From assembly GCA_963744655.1 (NCBI GenBank), contig CAVUUJ010000002.1, forward strand, positions 2,028,005 through 2,092,004: a DNA stretch of 64,000 nt, written 5' to 3'. The number at the start of each line of letters is the position of its first letter. The first letter of the stretch is position 1. Below the pieces are notes generated by a model. That model saw nothing but the letters and a program-made list of their open reading frames with translations. It was not told where the DNA came from and did not search any database. Positions 1 through 10,223 of this stretch are shown here, one piece after another. Source of the DNA: an uncultured bacterium. GTDB lineage: Bacteria; Verrucomicrobiota; Kiritimatiellia; PWTM01. The position numbers and the translations under genes were made by a program.

Positions 1-452
1 AGGTGCTCCTGTTCGCCGCCAGCCGCGCGCAGCTCGTCCGGCGGGTGATCCGGCCGCGGCTGGAGGCGGGCGCGTGGGTGATCTCCGACCGCTTCGCCGA
101 CTCCACGACCGTCTACCAGGGATACGGGCGGGAACTCGGCGCGGAGCGGATGCGGCGCCTCAACGACCTGGCCACCGGGGGGCTCCTGCCCGACCTGACG
201 GTGCTGCTGGACCTGGACGTGGAAACGGGATTCCGCCGGCTGGCCGGCCGGCACGCGAACGGCGGGACCGGGCCGGACCGCATGGAGCGGGAGGAACGCG
301 CGTTCCACCTCCGCGTGCGCGAGGGCTACCTCGAGCTCGCGGCGCGCGAGCCCGGCCGGTTCCTCGTGGTGGGCGCCGGGCGGGACGCGGACGCCGTGGA
401 GCGGGACGTGTGGGAGGGCGTGCGCCGTGTCGCCGACCGAGCGAAGGACTGA
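1..452 (+). CDS. tmk: thymidylate kinase, C-terminal part (5' end lies outside the window)
   Basis: Open frame from the window edge to the stop at 450-452. The region 'DRFADSTTVYQGYGR' is typical of dTMP kinase. The classic tmk-holB pairing follows. Confidence 0.8.
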   Translation, partial: VLLFAASRAQLVRRVIRPRLEAGAWVISDRFADSTTVYQGYGRELGAERMRRLNDLATGGLLPDLTVLLDLDVETGFRRLAGRHANGGTGPDRMEREERAFHLRVREGYLELAAREPGRFLVVGAGRDADAVERDVWEGVRRVADRAKD

Positions 453-1410
453 GTGGCTGGACGGGTTCCGCGCCGGGGTGGCGAGCGGCCGGGTCGCCCA
501 CGCGTACCTCCTGACGGGGTCCTCGCGCGGGGAGGCGGGGGCGCTCGCGGAGAGCCTGCTGCAGGTGCTCTTCTGCGAACGGACGCCGCCGCCGTGCGGG
601 CGGTGCGGCGGCTGCCGCCGGGTGCGCGAGCGCGCCCACCCGGACGCGCGCTGGATCGAGCCCGAGAGCAAGAGCCGGCGCATCCGGATCGAGGTGTTGC
701 GCGAACAGGTGCTGCCCTTCGTGGGGCGCACCTCCTTCTCCGGCGGCTGGAAGGCGGTCGTGCTGCTGGACGCCGACCGGATGACCGACCAGGCCGCCAA
801 CGCCTTTCTGAAGGCGCTGGAGGAGCCGCCGCCGCGCACGCTGCTGCTGCTGACGACCGAGCGGCCGCAGGACCTGCTGCCCACCGTCTCGTCGCGCTGC
901 CAGCGCATGGGCCTCGCGGCGCCGGGGTGCGCGCTGCCGCCGGAGCGCATGGAGCGGCTGCTGGAGGTGCTGGCCCGGGGCGCCTCGCCCGACCCGCTGC
1001 GGCGCCTGGCGGCGACGGCGGCCCTGTCCGCGATGCTGGACGACGTGCGCACGGCCGCCGCGAAGGAGGCCCGCGAGGGCGCGGACGGGGAGGAGCCCGC
1101 GGAGGTGCTGGCCGCTCGCGCCAACGCGCGCGTGCTCGAGGTGCGGCGCGACCTCCTGGAGGTCGTCGAGCGCTGGCAGCGCGACGTGCTGCTGTGCGTG
1201 GCCGGAGGGGGGGCGGACCGGCTGGCCTTCCCGGCGCAGGCCGGCGCGCTGCGGCGGCAGGCCGCGGACATCGACTACGCCGAGGCGCTGCGCCGGGTCG
1301 CGGCCGTCGGCGACATCCACCGCCGCCTCGAGCGCCACCTCGGCGCCGAGACGGCGTTCGACGCCTTTTTCCTCTCGATGCGTTTTCCGCGCGCGCGCGC
1401 CGCGCGGTGA
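427..1410 (+). CDS. holB: DNA polymerase III subunit delta'
   Basis: GTG start at 427 overlaps the end of tmk. Shows 'AHAYLLTG' and the Cys-rich zinc module 'CGRCGGCRR', plus the clamp-loader AAA+ architecture. Confidence 0.8.
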   Translation: MSPTERRTEWLDGFRAGVASGRVAHAYLLTGSSRGEAGALAESLLQVLFCERTPPPCGRCGGCRRVRERAHPDARWIEPESKSRRIRIEVLREQVLPFVGRTSFSGGWKAVVLLDADRMTDQAANAFLKALEEPPPRTLLLLTTERPQDLLPTVSSRCQRMGLAAPGCALPPERMERLLEVLARGASPDPLRRLAATAALSAMLDDVRTAAAKEAREGADGEEPAEVLAARANARVLEVRRDLLEVVERWQRDVLLCVAGGGADRLAFPAQAGALRRQAADIDYAEALRRVAAVGDIHRRLERHLGAETAFDAFFLSMRFPRARAAR

Positions 1411-1519
1411 GCCGGGCCGGCCGGCGCCGGGAGGCGGCTTGCGGATGGACAGGGGGGGCGGGCGGATGCTACGGTGCCGCGCGCCCGGGGAGATCGGGCG
1501 GAGGAAGGCCGCGCGCGCG

Positions 1520-1984
1520 ATGAAGATCCTGGTGCTCAACGGTCCGAACCTGCAGATGCTGGGCCTCCGCGAACCGGCGGTGTACGGCACGGCGACGCTG
1601 GGGGAGATCATGGCCGGGCTGGAAACGTACGGCCGGCAGCTCGGGGTCGAGGTCGCCTGGGCGCAGCACAACGGCGAGGGCGAGCTGGTGAGCGCGATCG
1701 GGGCGGCGCGCGGCGCGTACGACGGGCTGCTGCTGAACGCCGCCGCGTACACGCACACGAGCGTGGCGGTGCACGACGCCGTGCGGGGCGCGGGCCTGCC
1801 GTGCGTCGAGGTGCACCTGAGCAACACCGCGGCGCGCGAGGCGTTCCGGAGCCGCAGCCTGGTCGCCGCCGCGTGCATCGGCCAGGTGACGGGGTTCGGC
1901 GCGGACAGCTACCGGCTGGCCCTCGAAGGGCTGGCCCGGCACCTGCGGCGCCGCGGGGAGACGGGACAGGCCGGGACCGCGTGA
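1520..1984 (+). CDS. aroQ: type II 3-dehydroquinate dehydratase
   Basis: The '[23 protein letters not shown]' N-terminus is diagnostic. ATG at 1520. Sits in the classic aroQ-accB-accC arrangement. Confidence 0.9.
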   Translation: MKILVLNGPNLQMLGLREPAVYGTATLGEIMAGLETYGRQLGVEVAWAQHNGEGELVSAIGAARGAYDGLLLNAAAYTHTSVAVHDAVRGAGLPCVEVHLSNTAAREAFRSRSLVAAACIGQVTGFGADSYRLALEGLARHLRRRGETGQAGTA

Positions 1985-2023
1985 AGGAGCGGCGGCCCCG
2001 CGGGGCCGCGCGGGGAGGACATC

Positions 2024-2488
2024 ATGGATATCAAGGAAATCAAGCGCATCCTCGAGCTGATGAAGGAGAACGAACTGGCCGAGTTCGAGCTCGAGGACCA
2101 GGGCTTCCGGCTTGCGCTCAAGAGCCGCGGCAGCGTGCCGCCCAACTACGTGATCGCCCCGCCGGCGGGTGTAGCCCCCGTGGCCGCCGCCCCGGCGCCG
2201 GCCGCCGCCGCGGAGGCCGCCCCGGCCGCGAAGGCGGAGGACGGCGGCTGGATCGACATCACGTCGCCGATCGTGGGCACCTTCTACCGGTCGCCGTCCC
2301 CGGACGCCGAGCCCTTCGCCAGCGTGGGCCAGGAGGTGGAGGAAGACACGGTGGTCTGCATCATCGAGGCCATGAAGGTCATGAACGAAATCAAGGCCGA
2401 GGTGAGCGGGGTGATCCGGAAGATCTGCGTGGAGAACGCGACGCCGGTCCAGTACGGGCAGCCGCTCTTCCTGGTCGAACCGGCCTGA
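2024..2488 (+). CDS. accB: acetyl-CoA carboxylase biotin carboxyl carrier protein
   Basis: RBS 'ggggagg' precedes ATG 2024. Has an Ala/Pro linker and the biotinyl-lysine motif 'EAMKVMNEI' near the C-terminus. Confidence 0.9.
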   Translation: MDIKEIKRILELMKENELAEFELEDQGFRLALKSRGSVPPNYVIAPPAGVAPVAAAPAPAAAAEAAPAAKAEDGGWIDITSPIVGTFYRSPSPDAEPFASVGQEVEEDTVVCIIEAMKVMNEIKAEVSGVIRKICVENATPVQYGQPLFLVEPA

Positions 2489-2503
2489 CGGGCGGGAAGG
2501 CCC

Positions 2504-3897
<1,394 letters not shown>

Positions 3898-3901
<4 letters not shown>

Positions 3902-4359
3902 GCAACGAAACCAAACCGCTCCCAGCGGAAGACCCGGCGGCCCGGCCGCCGTTTGCCGCGGCGTCCGAGAACCACGTCGAGGAGGACGGCGAACTCGGCT
4001 CCATCCATATCCACAACGGTGTCATCGCCGTGATCGCGCGGATCGCCGCCGAGAAGGTCGATGGCGTGGCGGAGCTGGTCGGCAACCTGGTCGACGGCAT
4101 CGCCGGCATCGTCGGCCGCCGCAACACGGACCGTGGCGTGCACGTCGAGATCGTGGACAACAACGTCGTGATCGAGCTGAATGTCGTGCTCGAGTACGGC
4201 GTGAACATCCCCAAGGTGTCCTGGCAGATCCAGACGGACGTGCGCGAGGCGATCGAGCGCATGACAGGCAAGGCCGTCCGGTCGGTCAACATCGTGGTTC
4301 AGAGCGTGCAGTTTCCGGCCGCCGCGAAGCCGGAACGCAGCAAGGAGCGGGAACCATGA
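3898..4359 (+). CDS. Asp23/Gls24 family (alkaline shock protein-like) envelope stress protein
   Basis: ATG 3898 overlaps the accC stop as ATGA. The DUF322/Asp23 pattern is present: '[15 protein letters not shown]...[47 protein letters not shown]'. Confidence 0.8.
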
Positions 4360-4958
4360 AGGCGCTGCATGCCCTCGCCGCGACGGTGCTCGCGCTCGTG
4401 TTGCTCGCCGCGGGCGGCTACGCCGCGTGGTCGGCGTTCGTGGAGCCCTCGCGCTGGGCGGACGTGGCGGGCGCGCTGCAGTTCCTGGCGGCGAACCGGC
4501 TGTCGTGCGGGTCCGCCGCGCTGGCCTCCGTGCTGTTCGTGCTGATCTGGATGCTCTCGTCGGTGCCCCGCCGCGAACGGGCGCAGTTCCTGACCTTCGA
4601 GAACCCGGGCGGGGAGGTGCGCGTCAGCCTCGATGCGATCCGCGACTACGTGGCCCGGCTGTCCGGCGAGTTCGGCGAGATCGTGTCGATGCGCCCGGCC
4701 GTGTCCACCCGCCGCGACCAGCTGCGGGTGAACGTGGAATGCCGCGTGCGCTCGGGGACGCAGATCCCGGTCTTCACGCGGGCCTTCCAGGAGCGCGTGC
4801 GGGAGAGCCTGCAGACGGACCTCGGGCTGACCGACCTGCCCGCCATCGGCGTGACCGTGCGGCAGATCGTCGGCGGGGCCACGGCCCCCCGCCCGCGCGG
4901 GCCGGCGGCCGCGCCCGCGGAAGGGGACGCGGGCGGCGACACGCCGGGGGTCGCGTGA
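4356..4958 (+). CDS. AmaP-like membrane protein (putative Asp23 membrane anchor)
   Basis: ATG 4356 overlaps the asp23 stop as ATGA. Has two N-terminal TM helices. Its position directly after asp23 matches the asp23-amaP arrangement seen in Firmicutes. Confidence 0.45.
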   Translation: MKALHALAATVLALVLLAAGGYAAWSAFVEPSRWADVAGALQFLAANRLSCGSAALASVLFVLIWMLSSVPRRERAQFLTFENPGGEVRVSLDAIRDYVARLSGEFGEIVSMRPAVSTRRDQLRVNVECRVRSGTQIPVFTRAFQERVRESLQTDLGLTDLPAIGVTVRQIVGGATAPRPRGPAAAPAEGDAGGDTPGVA

Positions 4959-5518
4959 ACTGGGAGGCGGCGGAACGCGACGCGCTGGCGGTGGTCCGCG
5001 AGGTCGTCGCCGCGCACCGCGCGGCGATCGAGGAGACGGCCGCCGACATCGCCTCCCGCCTCGCCGCCGGGGGCAGGGTGCTGCTCTGCGGCAACGGCGG
5101 GAGCGCCGCCGACGCCCAGCACATGGCCGGGGAACTCGTGAACCGCTTCCTGCGCGAGCGGCGGCCCTACGCGGCGGTGGCCCTGACGGCCGACACCTCC
5201 GCCCTCACCGCCATCGCGAACGACTGCGGCTTCGAGGAGGTCTTCCTCAAGCAGGTGCAGGCCCTCGGCCGGCCGGGCGACGCGCTGGTCGCGTTCTCCA
5301 CCAGCGGCGGGTCCGCGAACGTGCTCCTCGCCGTCCGGGAGGCGCGCCGGATGGGCCTGCTGACCGTGGGCGTGACGGGCGGGAGCGGCGGGGCGCTGTG
5401 CGGCGCGTGCGACCGCTGCCTGTGCGTGAGCGCCGCGGCGGGCACCCCCCGCATCCAGGAGGGGCACCAGCTCATCCTGCACCTGCTCTGCGAAAGGATC
5501 GAGGAGATCCTGGCGTGA
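4955..5518 (+). CDS. gmhA: phosphoheptose isomerase (SIS domain)
   Basis: GTG 4955 overlaps the upstream stop. 'LLCGNGGSAADAQHMAGEL...AFSTSGGSANVL' follows the GmhA SIS-domain pattern closely. Confidence 0.8.
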   Translation: MNWEAAERDALAVVREVVAAHRAAIEETAADIASRLAAGGRVLLCGNGGSAADAQHMAGELVNRFLRERRPYAAVALTADTSALTAIANDCGFEEVFLKQVQALGRPGDALVAFSTSGGSANVLLAVREARRMGLLTVGVTGGSGGALCGACDRCLCVSAAAGTPRIQEGHQLILHLLCERIEEILA

Positions 5519-6450
5519 GGCGGACACCGGCTCCGCCCGCCACGCCGGGCCTGGTCGTGGTCGGATCGATCGGCCTCGACGACGTGCGGACCCCGGCCGA
5601 GGCGCGCCGGAACCTGCCGGGGGGGTCCGCGAGCTTCGCGTGCGCCGCCGCCTCGTTCTTCACCCGCACGGGCATGGTCGGCGTCGTGGGCGAGGACTTC
5701 CCGGCCTCCTGCCGCGAGCTCTTCCGCGCCTTGTCGATCGACGTGAGCGGGCTGGAAACCGTCCCCGGCAAGACGTTCCGATGGAGCGGGGTCTACGAGG
5801 ACAACCTGGACGTGCGGCGGACGCTGAGCACGGAACTGAACGTCTTCGCGGACTTTTCCCCGCGGCTGCCCCCCGCGTACCGCGCGGCGCCGTTTGTCTT
5901 CCTCGCCAACATCCAGCCCGGTCTGCAGCGGCAGGTGCTCGAGCAGGCCGACACGCCGAAGTTCGTGCTGGCCGACACGATGGACCTGTGGATCCGCACA
6001 GCGCCGGACGAGCTGCTCCGCCTGCTGCCGCGGGTGCACATGCTGACCCTGAACGAGTCGGAGGCGCGCCTGCTGAGCGGCCACCGCCCCCTCCTGCGCG
6101 CGGCGCGGGAGCTGCTCGGGATGGGGCCGCGGTACGTGCTCGTGAAGAAGGGCGAGCACGGGAGCGTGCTGTTCTCCAGGGAGGGAGGGGTGTTCCTCAT
6201 GCCGGCGTTTCCCCTCGAGGAGGTGCGCGATCCCACGGGTGCGGGCGACACGTTCGCCGGGGCCCTCATGGGCTGCCTGGCGGCCGGCGGGCGCGCGGGC
6301 CTCCCGGCGATCCGCCGCGCGATGCTCTACGGCAGCGTGGTCGCGTCCTTCGGCGTGGAGGCGTTCAGCCTGGAGCGGCTGGCGTCGCTCACGCTCGAGG
6401 AGATCGAGGAGCGCGCGAGCCTGCTGCGCGAGATGACGCGCGTCCGCTAG
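5515..6450 (+). CDS. PfkB-family sugar kinase (ribokinase-like; possibly heptose-7-phosphate kinase, HldA/HldE domain I-like)
   Basis: GTG 5515 overlaps the gmhA stop. Carries the ribokinase-family signature 'DPTGAGDTFAG' near the C-terminus. The heptose role is inferred from the gmhA neighbourhood. Confidence 0.7.
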   Translation: MRRTPAPPATPGLVVVGSIGLDDVRTPAEARRNLPGGSASFACAAASFFTRTGMVGVVGEDFPASCRELFRALSIDVSGLETVPGKTFRWSGVYEDNLDVRRTLSTELNVFADFSPRLPPAYRAAPFVFLANIQPGLQRQVLEQADTPKFVLADTMDLWIRTAPDELLRLLPRVHMLTLNESEARLLSGHRPLLRAARELLGMGPRYVLVKKGEHGSVLFSREGGVFLMPAFPLEEVRDPTGAGDTFAGALMGCLAAGGRAGLPAIRRAMLYGSVVASFGVEAFSLERLASLTLEEIEERASLLREMTRVR

Positions 6451-6853
6451 TCCGCCGCCGGGCAGGTCGCTGCGCCCGCGCGCGGCGGCGCGCGAACGCG
6501 CGGTAGGCGGCGTCGCAGAGCGGGCGCAGGACGGGCCACGCCGTGGGCGCCGCCAGCCAGCCCCGCCCGGCGGCGCGGCACGCCGCCCGCACGGCCTCCA
6601 TGGCGCGTACCGCCGTGCCGTCGGCGAGCACGGCGTGCAGGGCGCCCCCGGCCTGCGCGCGCTCGAGGCCGTACCTCCCGGGATCGAAGCCGGCCTCCGC
6701 GATGTCGGTGAACGCCAGCGCGCCGCGCCGGTCGATCCGCCGCAGCCGGGCCGCCTGGCGGCGGCAGAAGGGACAGGCCCCGTCGTAGAGGAGCGTCACC
6801 TCCGGCCGGCCCGCGGGCCCGGCCGGCGCCGGGGTCTGGGAGTCGCCGCGCAT
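6389..6853 (-). CDS. DUF393 / DCC-family thiol-disulfide oxidoreductase
   Basis: 'VTLLYDGACPFCRRQAARLRRID' matches the DUF393 N-terminal CxxC motif. Its 3' end overlaps the convergent kinase gene by about 60 nt. Confidence 0.6.
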   Translation of the reverse strand: MRGDSQTPAPAGPAGRPEVTLLYDGACPFCRRQAARLRRIDRRGALAFTDIAEAGFDPGRYGLERAQAGGALHAVLADGTAVRAMEAVRAACRAAGRGWLAAPTAWPVLRPLCDAAYRAFARRRARAQRPARRRTSGRASSRAAGSRAPRSPRA

Positions 6854-6900
6854 CGCCCCTCAAGCTACGCGCCGGGCGCGCGGGCGCAAGCGCGGCGGGC

Positions 6901-8154
6901 TCAGGGCCCGGCCGCGGGCAGGTCGCGGCAGAGGGCCACGAAGACGCCGTCCCGCCGGCGGATCGGCGTCGTGACCAGCCGCTCGGCGCGCACCGCCCCG
7001 CCGGGCGTGCGGAACACCACACGGAACTCGTCCAGGCCCGCGGGGCAGGGGACGCGCGCCGCCTGGAGCCACCGGGGCAGCGTTTCCCACCGGCGCACGT
7101 CGGGCTGCTCCAGCAACCCGATCAGGACAAAACGGACCAGGTCGCCCCAGCCCTCGTCGCCCGTGCGGCTCTCCGCGGCCTCCGCCAGGGCCTCCTTCAC
7201 CACGAGGCGGACCGCGGTCTTGGCGGTCTTCTGCAGCGCCTGCTTTGCCGCGGTGACCGCCGCCAGCCCGGTGACGTCCGCGAGCGGGTAGGAGCGGCCG
7301 AGGTAGCGGTGTCCGGCGTACACCTCCGCGTACGGGGCCGCCTCGCCCCGCCAGGCGTCCGCCCACGTGTCCGCCGCGGTGGGGGCCCGCCCGATCAGGA
7401 CCAGGCAGACCAGCTCGGCCGGCAGCTCGCCGGCGCGGGGCGGCGCCTCCGGCCCGCGCGGACCGGGCGCGCCGGCGGCCGCGGCCGCGCCGGCCTCCCC
7501 GTCCGGCGGGTCCGGCGCCGCGGGGGCCAACCGCCCCGTGGCGGGGTCGATCGCCACGCCCGGCGCCGCCTCCGCCGCCCGGCGGTACTGGAGCGCGGCG
7601 TTGGAGGGGTCGTCCACGAGTTCCAGGCACAGGCCGGCGACGTAGCGCGAGTAGCCGTCCTCGGGGAAATCGCCGCGCTGCCCGGGCTCCAGGCTCTCGA
7701 TGATCCGCCGCGCCTCCACGGCGGCCAGTTCCCAGTTGCCCGTGCCGAGGTGCGCCTGCGCGGCGAAGGCGTGGAGCAGGGTCCGCTCGTAGGGCGCGCC
7801 CCGGAACGGCTGCACGGTGTCGTTCACGACCAGGCTCGCCGCGCCCCGGGAAACGCTGTACGTCTCCAGCTCCTCCAGCCTGCCGGCCGCCTCGATGAAG
7901 GCCCGCGCGCTGCCCTCGTAGTCGTGCCCCGCCTGGCGGATGGTGCCCCGCTCGAGCAGGACGAGCACCTCGTCCTTCCCGCCGGCGGGCACCGAGTCGA
8001 CCGCGGCCGACGCCTCCGCGAGCCGTCCCCGGTAGAACGCCTCGCGCGCGTGGTGCAGGGGCGTGGCGCAGCCCGCCGCCAGCAGCGGGAGCAGGACGGC
8101 GCCCCGCCGCAGGGAGCGCCGGGCCGCGGCCCGCGTGGTACCCGTGCTCGTCAT
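6901..8154 (-). CDS. hypothetical lipoprotein (helical/TPR-like)
   Basis: Signal peptide with lipobox 'LLAAGC'. Lies downstream of, and co-oriented with, the LpoB-like gene with a 25-nt gap. Confidence 0.5.
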   Translation of the reverse strand: MTSTGTTRAAARRSLRRGAVLLPLLAAGCATPLHHAREAFYRGRLAEASAAVDSVPAGGKDEVLVLLERGTIRQAGHDYEGSARAFIEAAGRLEELETYSVSRGAASLVVNDTVQPFRGAPYERTLLHAFAAQAHLGTGNWELAAVEARRIIESLEPGQRGDFPEDGYSRYVAGLCLELVDDPSNAALQYRRAAEAAPGVAIDPATGRLAPAAPDPPDGEAGAAAAAGAPGPRGPEAPPRAGELPAELVCLVLIGRAPTAADTWADAWRGEAAPYAEVYAGHRYLGRSYPLADVTGLAAVTAAKQALQKTAKTAVRLVVKEALAEAAESRTGDEGWGDLVRFVLIGLLEQPDVRRWETLPRWLQAARVPCPAGLDEFRVVFRTPGGAVRAERLVTTPIRRRDGVFVALCRDLPAAGP

Positions 8155-8179
8155 GGCCGGAGGCGCCGCGCCGGTGCCG

Positions 8180-8806
8180 CTACCAGCCGATGAGAGGCAG
8201 CCGCGCTTCGCGCGCGAATTCCTCCTCGGTCATCCAGAGGATCTCGCCGGAGACCAGGTCGGTGACCTCCACCGTCAGCTTGTAGTAGTTTACCTTCGTC
8301 TTCGACACGCGCACCTGCCGCGGCGAGGTGTCCTTCATCTCCGTGAGCGAGCCGCTGATCATGTACGCCGCGCCGAGCTGCCGGCCGATCTCCGCCTGCT
8401 GGCCCGCGCGCACGTTCGCAGCCTGGTACCCCTGCTCCCGGAGCAGCTGCTCCCGCCGCGCCTCGTTCACGAAACGCACGGCGCGGTTCTGGAAGAGGAG
8501 GTTGCGCATCCGGTCGGTGAGGTTCTTCGTGTCGACGTACTGGCTCGTCCGGTTCTCCACGCCGGCGATCATCATCACCGGCGCCTCCGCCTGCTTCTCC
8601 ATGAAGGGGCTCGCCAGCAGGGCGTCGACGACACCCCGGGCGACGGTCCGCATGTCGGTGTAGTCGTAGCCCGTGCCCAGGTGGCGCTCCTGCCCGGCGT
8701 CCACCTCCCGTACGCGGGCCCGGAATGCCGCGCAGCCGGCCGAGCCGACCCACCCCGCCGCAAGGACGGCCGCCACGATGCCCTTCCGTACGCTCCTGTT
8801 CATGTT
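8180..8806 (-). CDS. LpoB-like lipoprotein (penicillin-binding protein activator family, COG3417-like)
   Basis: ATG at 8806 gives 'MNRSVRKGIVAAVLAAGWVGSAGC' (lipobox). The core 'VMMIAGVENRTSQYVDTKNLTDRMRNLLFQ...AAYMISGSL...LVSGEILW' resembles the LpoB C-terminal domain. Confidence 0.5.
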   Translation of the reverse strand, partial: NMNRSVRKGIVAAVLAAGWVGSAGCAAFRARVREVDAGQERHLGTGYDYTDMRTVARGVVDALLASPFMEKQAEAPVMMIAGVENRTSQYVDTKNLTDRMRNLLFQNRAVRFVNEARREQLLREQGYQAANVRAGQQAEIGRQLGAAYMISGSLTEMKDTSPRQVRVSKTKVNYYKLTVEVTDLVSGEILWMTEEEFAREARLPLIGW

Positions 8807-9010
8807 CCGCTCCTTTCCCGGGGCGCTCGCCGCCCACCTGCCGACGCGGCGCGCGCCGCCGGTATGCAAGGCCCGCCCCGGGCGGCCTCCACCCGCGCAG
8901 CTTACGCGCGCCCGCGGGGCGGGTCAACGGCCGGGCTCGCCTGCGGGCTTGCCATCGGGCGCCGGACATGGCACCTACTACGTCCTGCAAAACACCACGC
9001 GGGAGGGGCC

Positions 9011-9439
9011 ATGGAGAACGGTACGGCAAAGTCGGTGATCGCCGCGGACGTCGAGTTCACCGGCACGATCAAGTGCGCCAGCGAGATCCGGATCGACGGG
9101 AAGCTCGAGGGCGAACTGCACTGCGAGAAGGACGTCGCGATCGGCAAGAGCGCCGTCATCAAGGGCAACATGACGGTCAACTCGGCCACGGTGGAAGGGA
9201 CCGTGAACGGGAACGTCACGGCCCGCGACCGCATCGAGCTGAAGGCGAGCGCCCGGTTGACGGGCGACATCAAGTCCAAGCGGCTGACGGTCGAGGACGG
9301 CGTCACCTTCGTCGGCCGCTCGGAGGTCAACCCCTCGGCCGCGCCGGGCCAGGCCGCCAAGCCCGCGCCGGCCGCCCCCGAAGCCGAGCCGCCCAAGGGC
9401 GACGCCAAGCCCGCCTCCGGCGTCTTCGGACGGCGCTGA
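9011..9439 (+). CDS. bactofilin (polymer-forming cytoskeletal protein, DUF583)
   Basis: RBS 'gggagggg' precedes ATG 9011. Shows the repetitive beta-helical bactofilin pattern 'KCASEIRIDGKLEGELHCEKDVAIGKSAVIKGNMTVNSATVEGTVNGNVTA' and a Pro/Ala-rich tail. Confidence 0.8.
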   Translation: MENGTAKSVIAADVEFTGTIKCASEIRIDGKLEGELHCEKDVAIGKSAVIKGNMTVNSATVEGTVNGNVTARDRIELKASARLTGDIKSKRLTVEDGVTFVGRSEVNPSAAPGQAAKPAPAAPEAEPPKGDAKPASGVFGRR

Positions 9440-9506
9440 GCCGCGCCCCGTGCCGCCCCCGCACCCGGTCCGCCGGGCCGGGTGCGCCGGGGAGGCAGGC
9501 TGAAGC

Positions 9507-10223
9507 ATGGCCGGCCGGAAAAAGAGGGCCGACGTCGTACTCGGCTACGACGTGGTCCGGACGGTTGCCCGCGGCGGCGAGCGGCCGGCGCCGGCGCCGG
9601 CCGCGTCCCCCCCGTCCGAGCGGCCGCCCCGCGCGGCGCCGCGGCAGGCCGCGCACATCGGCCGCACCAGCCTGCCCAGCCGCCACGAGGTGGCCTGCTA
9701 CCACTGCGGCTACGAGTTTCACGTGCTCGGCCGGCAGCAGATGGCGGTCTGCTCGCGCTGCCACGAGAAGCTCGACGTCGCGGACCACGCGATCGAGGCC
9801 CCCTTCGACGGCGTGCTGACCACCGCCGGGTCGGTCGACGTGAAGCAGGGGGCGGTAATCCGGGGCGGCGAGCTCACCGCGTCGTGCATCCGGCTGGCCG
9901 GCAGGATGGAAGGCGGCGCGCTGCACGCCATGCGCGAGCTGCGGATCGCGAAGACGGCGACGTTCCTGGAGGAACGCGCCGGGTACCGGGACCTCGTGCT
10001 GGAGGCGGGCACGCGCCTGCGCTTCCGGCGGGCCCTGCGGTGCCGCGACCTGACGGTGCGGGGCCGGCTCTCCGCGCAGGTGGAGTCCGGCGGGCTGGTC
10101 CGCGTCGAGGCCGGCGGCATGATCCGGGGCTCGGTGCGGGCCCCCCGCCTCGCGGTGGAGGACGGCGGCGGGCTGAAGGCGCGGCTCGCCGTCGGGGCGC
10201 CCGCGAAGGGCCCGGCCGCGTGA
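9507..10223 (+). CDS. bactofilin paralog with N-terminal basic region and CxxC...CxxC zinc-ribbon
   Basis: ATG 9507 after 'ggggaggcagg'. The N-terminus has 'CYHCGYEF...CSRCHEKL'. The C-terminal half has bactofilin-type repeats: 'GAVIRGGELTASCIRLAGRMEGGALHA...LRFRRALRCRDLTVRGRLSAQVESGGLVRVEAGGMIRGSVRAPRLAVEDGG'. Confidence 0.7.
   Translation: MAGRKKRADVVLGYDVVRTVARGGERPAPAPAASPPSERPPRAAPRQAAHIGRTSLPSRHEVACYHCGYEFHVLGRQQMAVCSRCHEKLDVADHAIEAPFDGVLTTAGSVDVKQGAVIRGGELTASCIRLAGRMEGGALHAMRELRIAKTATFLEERAGYRDLVLEAGTRLRFRRALRCRDLTVRGRLSAQVESGGLVRVEAGGMIRGSVRAPRLAVEDGGGLKARLAVGAPAKGPAA

Noticed and set aside
160-1878. 572-aa minus-strand ORF antisense to tmk/holB/aroQ. Similar long antisense ORFs: 37698-39323, 39266-43300, 45586-47562, 47517-50312, 50896-54393 and 6860-7630
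   Set aside because: Their composition is Arg/Pro/Gly/Ala runs typical of out-of-frame reading of 70% GC coding DNA. They overlap well-supported conserved genes on the other strand and have no motifs.
8960-8990. TGGCAC upstream of the bactofilin gene as a sigma-54 promoter
   Set aside because: No TTGC/TGCT element is present at the required 4-5 nt spacing.
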